DNA from: Pseudovirgaria hyperparasitica
Taxonomy: Eukaryota
Direction: 5' to 3' (one strand)
Assembly (NCBI GenBank): GCA_010093815.1
Contig: ML996567.1
DNA length: 20,000 nt
How positions within the stretch are numbered: the stretch's first letter is position 1; each line of letters begins with the position of its first letter. The position numbers and the translations under genes were made by a program. The notes beneath the pieces are model-generated. The model was not told the DNA's origin, ran no database searches, and saw only the letters and a list, made by a program, of their open reading frames with translations. Of the stretch, positions 10,626-20,000 are shown in pieces.

Positions 10626-10997
10626 TATGGAAGGCCGCTCCTGCAGCCCTACATGTATGTGTCCCTGGCTCGATTACATGGCTTCATTGTATATTTAAGG
10701 AGGGCGTTTTCCTTGGTCATTCTACTCGGCACGCTTCCCCCATCACTAATATTCGACTATTCGACCTTTCCTTACGTTTATAGGCCTCTATGGGTATTGA
10801 TTATTAGGCTTAGCTATTGAAGAATTAATTGAGAGTATTATATAGACCCGTCCTATCGTAAAAGAGAACTAATAAGAAGTCGTGCGTTCAAAGAGAACTT
10901 ATAATACCTAGGAGAGATACTTGTGAGTTCGTCGCGACTACTATACTAGGAACACAGCCATTTACTTAAGGGACACACGTGACGATAGCTTACCATA
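10626..10997 (+). repeat. 5' LTR of copy B (372 bp)
   Basis: Same length and sequence as 9029-9400. Starts TATGGAAGG, ends TACCATA, and is followed after 4 nt by a PBS. TATA-like TATATTTAAGG at ~10690. Confidence 0.9.
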
Positions 10998-11001
10998 ATT
11001 T

Positions 11002-11026
11002 TAGAGGTTGTACCCGGACTACGAAC
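11002..11026 (+). other. Primer-binding site, probably for tRNA-Gln
   Basis: T[A>G]GAGGTTGTACCCGGACTACGAAC; its reverse complement GTTCG(T)AGTCCGGGTACAACCTC[T>C]A resembles a tRNA T-loop, T-stem, acceptor stem, U discriminator and CCA. Confidence 0.7.
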
Positions 11027-11371
11027 TTATAGAGGGAGATTAGGACTCCGAAACTAGCTTAGGGGAAGTATATGGCGTGCCTAATAAGGCAGTCTAGACT
11101 TACTAGATCGAAGCTACGAGTCCGGAAAACAGGGAGTCCGGAGTCGCTAGGGGCTAGCCTCTTAAAAGAAGCCGCAAAAAGCATACGCATACTAACACGG
11201 GTGATAGCGCGACTCGAAAATGTCTCAGGGGAATAGGATATAAAATAGGGCCAGATGAAGCAGCAAAGAAGAGTTCAAAAACGATAAATATAACCTGTTT
11301 AGTACTACCATAGCTATTATTTATAAACACGGCTACACGAGTATACTACTTTAGGAACGCCTTACACGAAG

Positions 11372-14300
11372 ATAATAATATAAGTAGGGTACCGTGAACC
11401 TTATATCGATAAAGACGATAGTAATAGTTTACCTTATAAAGGGATTAGTTAACATGGAGAAGGGATGATAGGTGTTATAGGTAGGCGTATTAGGCCAACC
11501 TTTAGTTAAGGTAATCCCTTAACTAATAACCTTACCCCTAGCGTCTCCACTAGTATACCTACTACTAGTAATAGTGCGATAGAAGCTTAAAATAACGACC
11601 TAGTAACTCGTAGAGAGATGCTTAACTTCTTTATAGCATTTACGCGATAAGGAAGGATAGTACCTCTATCTACCCTAGCCCCCGAGCGCTTTAAAGGAAT
11701 AAATATCACGGCCTTCCTTCGGAAGTACGAGAACATATATATAAACTACGAAGTTCCGCCTAATAAGAAGATAACCTCCCTACTATTATACTACGAGGAC
11801 TATCTCCGTCCTACTATTAAAGGAATAAGTAGGTTTTAGAAATAGTAGTGGGCCATACTACGTAAAGAATTATTAAAGGAATTCTCTCTATTTGACTCTA
11901 CCCTCGAGGAAGGCACTATCCACTTTATCCGAAAATACGTGGAAATGGTTAAAGTAGACCCATCCTACTCTCTCCCTATATACTACTCCCGGTATCGTAT
12001 TATCATAGAGAAACTTATGGCTAAAGGAAGCCTAAGCTCGTATTCGCGAATAGAGCTCTTCCTAGAAGGGCTACCTAATAGTCTTAAGGCTCGGGCTATA
12101 GAGAAATGTTAACTTACGATGGAAGTACATAGTTATAACTAGGTAATTATCTATAGCTTCGTATCACGAAAGACTAGAGCACTTAAGGAACTAGCTCGTA
12201 TTAATAAGTACTTAGCCGCATAAGAGCTAGCCATAGCCATATACTATAAATCAAAGATAGAGAGTAAGAAGACCGGCTTAGAAGAGTAGTTACATGAAGA
12301 AAGAAGAACTAATAAATTTAACTACCCCTCTCTAGTCGTAGTATACGTCGCGCTAGAATCGGATAAGTTTAACGAGATAGTAGAAAGATTTAGTAAACTA
12401 GACCTTACGTTAATTAAGATAAAGTCCTACTTTACCTCTAATCCCTTATTTCTATCCCTTAAGAAGTACGAACCTAAGCTACTTTCGGCTATTATTAACT
12501 AGTAGGCGCGAAGGCTAAATCTTTTAGTACATCCCTAAGTACGAGGCATGCCTATGGAACCAACGCAAGTTTATCTATAGAATTATATATAGAATAGAGA
12601 ATACGTCTCTACCCGAGACTCCTAAGAAGGCGTTATAGCCTAGGATAGGCCTCGAAGACCGATCGTGTGCATTACGTACGGAGGAGATTACCTAATATAT
12701 AGATGTCCGGAGATAGTAGGATACATTAGAGACGGATTACTAAATGTTAACGGGGTGCGAGTATTCTAAGGGCGTTTTAGGGCGAACGGAGAAGAAATCC
12801 TATTACTACCCTCCTCGGTAGGGCTATAAGCTACTCTATAAGCTATCCGGAACTACGTAGTAACGGTTTAAAACGGCCTAAGCTAGTACGGAGGAGGAGT
12901 AAAGGTTTCTATATCTATAGTAAACATTAACGCTTTATAGGGAGTACTAGTATATAGTATTAGTATAAAACCTACGAAGGGTCCCTACCAGGCCTCGGCG
13001 GATAGTAATTCGGAAGAAGAAGTTACGTCGCCCGAGAGTAAGAAAGATAGATATATAGAATTCCACGAACGCTTCGACGTGGCTAGTAATAGATATATCC
13101 ACGAGAAGATAGCCCTAGAAGAGCCTACTATACTCGTAATATCTAGAAGGGGGATTACGAAGAGTATACCTAATTATACTAAGGAAAGAAAGATCGCCCG
13201 TCTCCGTGGAATACGTGAAGGGTAGTATATAAGGATTATCGAGGAATAGGAGGACGGCGAGAAGAGTAGCGACTAGAGAACGTCTAAATAAGAGCCAACG
13301 GCGCCGGAGGATAAGATAGATGAAGGGGATAGCCTAAATCCTAGTTAAAAGGCATGTATCCGAGGCGTTAAGCTTAATAACTATCTACGCGAAGGATAGC
13401 GGCTAAGTATAGAAGCTAGCGAAGCATGGCTAGTGCGCGTTCTAGGGATAACCATGAATATTACTATTAGCGAACTATTAAGCCTTAATAGCGACTTACG
13501 TCGCGCGGTGTTCAAGAAGGGCGCCTCCGACTTTATAGCTAGAGAGGTCCGCGAGGCTTAAGAAGAGAGAGCCGCGAAGAAAGGAAGAAACGACTATGCT
13601 ATGGCTCCCGAGATAAATAAACTTAACGTATTAGTACCCCTCTATGCTATAGGGACGGCTATCACGTAACGAGATATTAATTAGCTTAAGGAAGGGATAG
13701 TAAGGCTAGTGGCCGAGTGTCTAAGGTACCCTGTGGAAGTTGGTCCTAAAAGGGCGACTAGTATAGCACTATTCGATAGTGGCGCATAGGTAAATGGTAT
13801 TCGACTAGATGCTACGAGGCGTCTTAGGCTAGCGATATCTTCGCTTCTACTATATATAAAGAACTCGAGTTTAGTTAGCGCTACTTAGCATAGTACTCTA
13901 TTCGTGGGAATAGTATAGTAATACCCTATCCGTATAGGTCGGATCGTTATAGCCACTTCGATATTCATGTATAGCGAACTCAATTATAACCTTATCCTAG
14001 GGGAGCCATATGCTAGATAGGCCTTACTTATAGTATAGAGGTTAGCCTCCGGGTAAGTACTCTTAATAGTTAACTCCGTATATAGATAAGAATATATAAC
14101 CTTTGAAACCAGCCCGGACGAGTATATTCTAGTCTTAGAGAAGGAGGGTAACTCCGTGGCTAGAGACTAACTATATAGCGGAGTATGTCGCCGGAAGCTA
14201 GAGTTAAGCCGGATTATTAGTTAAGGGCTACCCTTAACTAATAATCCGTACTAAATAGAGTCCGGTAAACCTACTAACGAAGGGGATAGGCTATATTTTT

Positions 14301-17300
14301 ATACGGATATAGAAATAAGTTATATAGAGTTGCTTTCCGAGAAAATCCGGCCTAAAAATGTTACTCGGTTATCGAGAAAAGATAACTTAGCCGCCCTAGT
14401 TACGGCGGTAAGGTACGCTACCTTCGTATATAAATAAGGCACGATAATAGAACAGCTTATAGTAGGCTCCACCGGCCTCTAAAGACGGTATTTATCCGGG
14501 GTATTAAAGGGATTTAGTATGGCTACTATATATAAAAGAAAGGGAGTTAAAGTACACCCCGTGGATGACTCCGAAGCCTACCGAAAGGTTCCTAGGAATC
14601 TATTAGGGTATCTAGACTAGCGTGAACGAGTAATTATATGGTAGGTACTTCTTCCGGCCGTCTACCTAGGCCTTAACGTATTTAATAGGCTAATAGAGCC
14701 TCGAAGGGTAACTATCCCGCTAGGAACACGTCTAACGCCTCTACGTATAAGTTAGCTAAAGATTAGAATGGAGCTATATCCCGCGGAACTTAAGTTACTA
14801 TATATAATCTTATTATATCGCGAGGAAGTACTAGCATGGGAATTCTTACACCTTAGTAAATTTAATAAGGAGGTGGCACCTCCGTAGGAGATCCGAACGG
14901 TAGAACATAAGGTATAGTAGGCTAAGAACTTTAATATTTCTAGAGCCCTTTATAGGAAGGTACTTACGATCCTAAAAGAGCGTCTTAATAGCGGAAGGCT
15001 CGAGCCCTATAGTAGTCCTTATTAAAACGCCTATTTTCTCGTGGAAAAGAAGAAGGAAGCTAATAAGGAACGAGATTATAGGTTAATTAATTCGGCGATA
15101 GAAATCAACCGAGTTACTATTCGTGATGCGGCCACGCCGCCCTTATATAAAGAGTTCTCAGAGTACTTCACGGGGATAGCCGTCTTAATATTTACCGACT
15201 TCTTCTTAGAATATAATTAGATTCTATTAGTAGAGCATTACTAAGACTTAACGGGGTTTATAACGCCCCTAGGATTACTATATGGGATAATATTACCTTA
15301 AGGGGCCACTAATTTAGTAGCTTAGTTCGTTAGGATTATATTAACTATTATATAAGAATATATCCCGGAGAGGGCTCTACCATTTCTAGATGACTTAGGC
15401 ATTAAAGAACCTATAACGAAATATAACTCTAAGGAGGCCCTACCTAGAATTCATAGGTATATCCTAGAATATTTAATTAACGTGGATAAGGTTCTCGCGG
15501 ATATAGAGCGCGCCGGATACACCCTAAGTAGTAAGAAGACTTAGTGGTATGTTAAAGCCGCTAACGTTATAGAATACGTCTACGACATTAAAGAGAGGCG
15601 ACCAAGTAATAAAAAGGTTACTACTATTAGGGACTAGAAACCCTATAAAAACACGACGAATATATGAGCCTTTCTTAGCGTTTATATATATTTCCGGATA
15701 TGGATCCCCGGGTACGCTATTATCGCATCGCCGCTATTTATACTATTAAAGAATAAATCGGCCTAGTAGTAGATAGCTAAGGAGTAGACCTCGATAGACG
15801 CGCTAAAGATAGCTCTAACTACTACTCCCGCACTAATAACGTTACGGTATAGGATAGGTATAGGAGATATAATCCTAGTAGTAGACTCTAGTAACGTTAG
15901 GTAGGGAGCTACGTTAATATAGGAGAACGAGAATCGTAAATGTTAGCTATCGCGGTATAATAGAGGAATATAGTTAAAAGCTAAGAGAAACTACGACACC
16001 GTGAAGCTAGAGTACCGAGCCCTTCTCCACGCGTTATAGAAGTTCCGGTAATACCTCTATAGCACGCACTTTATTATAGAAATAGACGCGAATACTCTAG
16101 TCGCTTAAATTAATCGCACCGTAACTAACTTGCTAGGGGCGCTCGTTACTAGGTGGCTTGCGTGGATTTAGATGTAGAACTTTATAGTTAGGCACGTACC
16201 TAGGAAGCGTAACGTAGTCGCCGATAGTATCTTACGGATATATAAAGGAGAAGAACCACCAGACGTCCCTACCTTTAACCTAGACGAGTTCGTGGACATA
16301 GCTCTATATATAGACGTGCTAGAGACGTCGTTAATTAAGCCTATTAGCGGGAGAGATTACATGATAGGGATACTCGACTATACCGCCATTAAGTCTCCCT
16401 TAATAGATGAATATAGTGATAAATGGTAGAGGATTATAAAGTACCTTACTACACTCGAGAGGCTAACCGACCTAACTAACTAAGCGTATAAGGCCTTTAT
16501 AACCGACTACCTAAAGTTCCTTATGTATAACCGAATACTCTAGCGGAGAGGAGATAGGCATCGCTAATATACACGAGTAATTAAGGATCCGAATACTAGG
16601 GCGCGTATAATTACCACTACTTATGATAAGATAGATTATAGAGGTAGCGAAGGGACCCTCGGAAGGATTAAGAATAAGTATTAGTAGGTAGGTATACGTA
16701 GAGACGTGCGATAGCACGTGAAAACCTATAATAAATATTAACGACGAAGTAAACTCCTCGGAGGTCTTAATAAAGGGCTCTACCACGTTATAACGCCTAT
16801 TCTTTAGTAAAGAATACACTTAGACGTAATAATACTACTACCTTCTATAGGGTATAGTAAAGTGGTATCTATACGAGAATAGCTAAGCGGATAGACTAAG
16901 GCGGAGGCATGTGCGGTAGCCACGTCCATAGTCGTCGTAAAGTTCCTCTTTAAGAACGTAATCTATAGATACGGAATCATTCCTAAAATCACCTATAATA
17001 GTAGTAGAGAAAATATAGGTACTATAGAGGAGCTCCTCTAACTCTATAGAATTTATTAGAAGGTTACGTCTACGTATAATCCCCGAGTAAATAGAATTAT
17101 TAAGAGAAGTTTTATACTACTCGCTAATACTCTCGCGAAGATAACTAATAGCGGATTCAAGAACTAGCCCGACCACCTCTATACGGTCGTCTAGGTAGAT
17201 AGAATAACGACACGTGCTAGTATAGGGTATAGTACCGTATACCTCGTGCTCGGCCATGAACTAATCATGCCTATCGAAGTCGAATTCGAGTCGCTCTAAA

Positions 17301-17881
17301 TGCTCCCTTAGGACGAGGTGCGATCGACGTCTAACTTACTCGCTCTTCGAGCTAGATAACTTAAGAGAAGGTCCGAGAATCTTAAGGAGGCCTATACCCA
17401 CGCAATACGAACGCGTAAGGAATCGAGAGAGGCATAGAATAACGACCATTACCTTCGTTAAGAGTCGTTACTAGTTAATACGATTGTCCTCCTATACGAC
17501 TCGTAGTAATAGAAGGATATAGGGCGGAAGCTAAGGTGGTATTAGAGGGGGCTATATAGAATCTAGTCCGTGTTTAATTATACTTATAAGCTCGTAGAGC
17601 TTAATAGAGCTATACTTAGAGGGACGTTTCCTAGCTATAGGTTAAAGAAATATTTTATAAGAGATACGAGTAACGAGAGTCACGATAAGCCCTCGCGACT
17701 ACTAATCGGAAGAATTACCGAGGAAAATAAGGAGAGTAGCGATAAGGAAAACTATTATAAATAACTCACGGAACACCTCGACGACGCCACACGAACCCGG
17801 GTGGAAGTGGTAATTCCTACTCCGTAAGACTTTAATAGAGAGGAATATTTATGTTTCCCTAGAATTAACATCTCCTTCTAG
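11372..17881 (+). pseudogene. gag-pol polyprotein pseudogene of copy B (single frame, ~2150 codons)
   Basis: Frame +2 motifs: gag PERFKGINITAFLRKYE (11681-11731) and WAILRKELLKEF; Zn knuckle CITYGGDYLIYRC (12668-12706); protease ALFDSGA (D at 13775); RT PFLDDLGIK (FLDD 15383-15394); RNase H, integrase and GPY region as in copy A. Start and stop positions are approximate. Confidence 0.93.
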
Positions 17882-17934
17882 GGGATAGAAGTTTTTTTTA
17901 AGGAGGGAAGAGATACTTATAAAAGCAGTCTTAT

Positions 17935-18034
17935 GATGATAAACTCCATTATCGAAAAAGGACGATGAACTCTATCATCGAAAGAGAATGATGAACCCTA
18001 TTATTACTATAAAATAATAAAACTCATTATTAAA
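17935..18034. repeat. ~26-bp hairpin-type tandem repeat x4 (copy B)
   Basis: Units start at 17935, 17961, 17987 and ~18013; one more unit than in copy A. Confidence 0.7.
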
Positions 18035-18238
18035 GCAAGCAATGCTCGAAAGAAGACATAATGGCGTTTACGCGAATTCTACCTACCATATATTAAAGCC
18101 GGTCGTGTAATCGAAGCCCACCTATCGAAGGCCTATTTTATTACTATAGAACGGGCCCCGTTAGAAACTAATAAGGAAGAAAAGAAGGAGGAGGTATAGG
18201 AGAAAAAGATACTTATAGGAAGTCTTATAAGGATAAGA

Positions 18239-18342
18239 ATATACCCGGTATCTATTTATTTATAGATTCCGCTATATACCCGGTAGACACATTCATTCAT
18301 AGATTTCCTATATACCTAGTACATATTTATTCATAGATTCGA
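18239..18342. repeat. ~35-bp tandem repeat x3 (copy B)
   Basis: Homologous to 5624-5727. Confidence 0.75.
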
Positions 18343-18515
18343 CACGTATACGGGCCTACGGCCGTTAGTAAGGATTATTTATAAAAATCACTATATACCC
18401 GGCATTCGAGGAGGTATAAAAAGAGAACTTAAGATAGTATATAACTCTTCCCTCTTACACCTCTCTATACCTCCTTAATTAATAAAACCTCCTCCTCTAC
18501 TTCCGCCTCGCTTAA

Positions 18516-18895
18516 NNNNNNNNNNNNNNNNNNNNNNNNNNNNNNNNNNNNNNNNNNNNNNNNNNNNNNNNNNNNNNNNNNNNNNNNNNNNNNNNNNNNN
18601 NNNNNNNNNNNNNNNNNNNNNNNNNNNNNNNNNNNNNNNNNNNNNNNNNNNNNNNNNNNNNNNNNNNNNNNNNNNNNNNNNNNNNNNNNNNNNNNNNNNN
18701 NNNNNNNNNNNNNNNNNNNNNNNNNNNNNNNNNNNNNNNNNNNNNNNNNNNNNNNNNNNNNNNNNNNNNNNNNNNNNNNNNNNNNNNNNNNNNNNNNNNN
18801 NNNNNNNNNNNNNNNNNNNNNNNNNNNNNNNNNNNNNNNNNNNNNNNNNNNNNNNNNNNNNNNNNNNNNNNNNNNNNNNNNNNNNNNNNNNNNNN
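18516..18895. other. Assembly gap (380 N), corresponding to 5901-6248 (348 bp) of copy A
   Basis: Flanks match copy A positions 5900 and 6249. Confidence 0.95.
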
Positions 18896-20000
18896 GTATA
18901 GTTAACCTCTTCTAGGAAGTAGGAGCCGTAATAGGGTATAGTAAGGTAAAGATTAACTCCTCTATTCCGAAAGAAGTCTACGAGATAATTCGTCGTGGAA
19001 GAGATACCAGCTCCTATATCCTAAAAGCTAAAAATATAATCCTACAAAACTAGTAAAAAGACCTCCCTAATAATAATAGCTAGTCACTCTAATCCGCCCT
19101 CGGATAGCTCTAGTAAATATAGAACTTTATAGAAAAGCTAGTAGCGCTCTTACGAGTGCGGACATGGGCGAGAGCGAGGAACTAGTTAAACGTATCTCTA
19201 TGGTCCCGAATCGGCTAGGGACAGAAGGGAAGGGGAATTAAGGTATATCTTTAGAGCTCTAATATCGATACCGTCCTACCTAGCGATAGTAATAAGAACG
19301 GTCTATCTCTCTAGTAACTCTCGAACTACCCTAGCCGATAAAATAAACTAACGTTCTATAATAAGACGGGACTTATTATCCCCGCTAGTTAATAGTTATA
19401 GATAAGTAGAATAGTTCATAGGCCCGTCGAATACTACCTATAAATTAAAGAGATAAGTATATCGCCTCCGCCTTAGACCTTACCGTCGCTAAAACCAGCG
19501 TAGGTAACGCCTACGGTGAAGTCCCCTCCACGAAGCACGCCTCCTAGTTTAGTAGTACGTTGTCTCTTCGAAGCTAGTCGTCCATTTAAAGTAAGTATTC
19601 CTCCTACTACTACTAGTATACGTCCCTTACCGGGCTATATAAGAACCTCTTTAGTATCTATTACGGCCACGCTAATAAAACCCACTCGCGGACGTGCCTT
19701 ATCTACCGGCCCTTAGTAATTACTAGAGGCGCCTATACGATAATCCCTAGTTATTCTTAGTTCATACCCTAAGACGATAGTATCGGTCGAGAAAGAGGAC
19801 GAGCCTAAGAAGTATCGATACGCGCCTTTAGTAATAAAGACTTTTAAGGTAGCTATATTATTAAAGAAGAATTTCACGAGTATTAAGGGAATGGCCCTAC
19901 TAGTACGCTAGAAAGCGTAGATAGGTAATATAGCTATTCCGTATAAAGTCTACTATAAGCATTACTAAGACGTGGCTAGAAAGAATAATATACTCGTTAG
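18896..20000 (+). pseudogene. Extra ORF of copy B (N-terminal/middle part, homologous to 6249-7353)
   Basis: Colinear with copy A at offset 12647, differing by transitions; track ORF 19516-19716 is in this frame. Confidence 0.75.

Larger units (their letters stand above)
10626..20000 (+). mobile_element. Ty3/Gypsy LTR retrotransposon, copy B (3' part outside window), RIP-inactivated
   Basis: 5' LTR, PBS, leader, gag-pol and the 3' cassette; 12590-20000 is colinear with 1-7353. Confidence 0.94.

Noticed and set aside
10590..10820. 76-aa plus-strand ORF
   Set aside because: Straddles the junction between the host RT fragment and the LTR; chance ORF.
9029..10997. A small standalone LTR element (LTR-1.2 kb-LTR, TRIM-like)
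   Set aside because: The PPT lies before the first LTR and the PBS after the second, the reverse of a real element; the interior is an antisense fragment of another family and there is no TSD.

Overview
Repeat-rich fungal (very likely Pezizomycotina) DNA, heavily degraded by RIP-type C>T/G>A transitions; no intact gene is present. The window holds two head-to-tail copies of one ~11.4-kb Ty3/Gypsy LTR retrotransposon family. Copy A (<1-9400) runs from the end of gag through pol and a long 3' region to its 3' LTR. Copy B (10626->20000) runs from the 5' LTR through PBS, gag-pol and the 3' region; its offset from copy A is 12589 bp in gag-pol. The copies are separated by a 1225-bp minus-strand RT/RNase H fragment of a different, more degraded Gypsy element. 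Main observation: both copies carry a second long sense-strand ORF (~5948->8220) between integrase and the 3' LTR. After reversing RIP changes, its C-terminal part reads as a PhyH-like 2-oxoglutarate/Fe(II) dioxygenase. It is preceded by promoter-like sequence, two tandem arrays and a stranded internal polypurine tract. Assembly gaps: 8221-8880 and 18516-18895.
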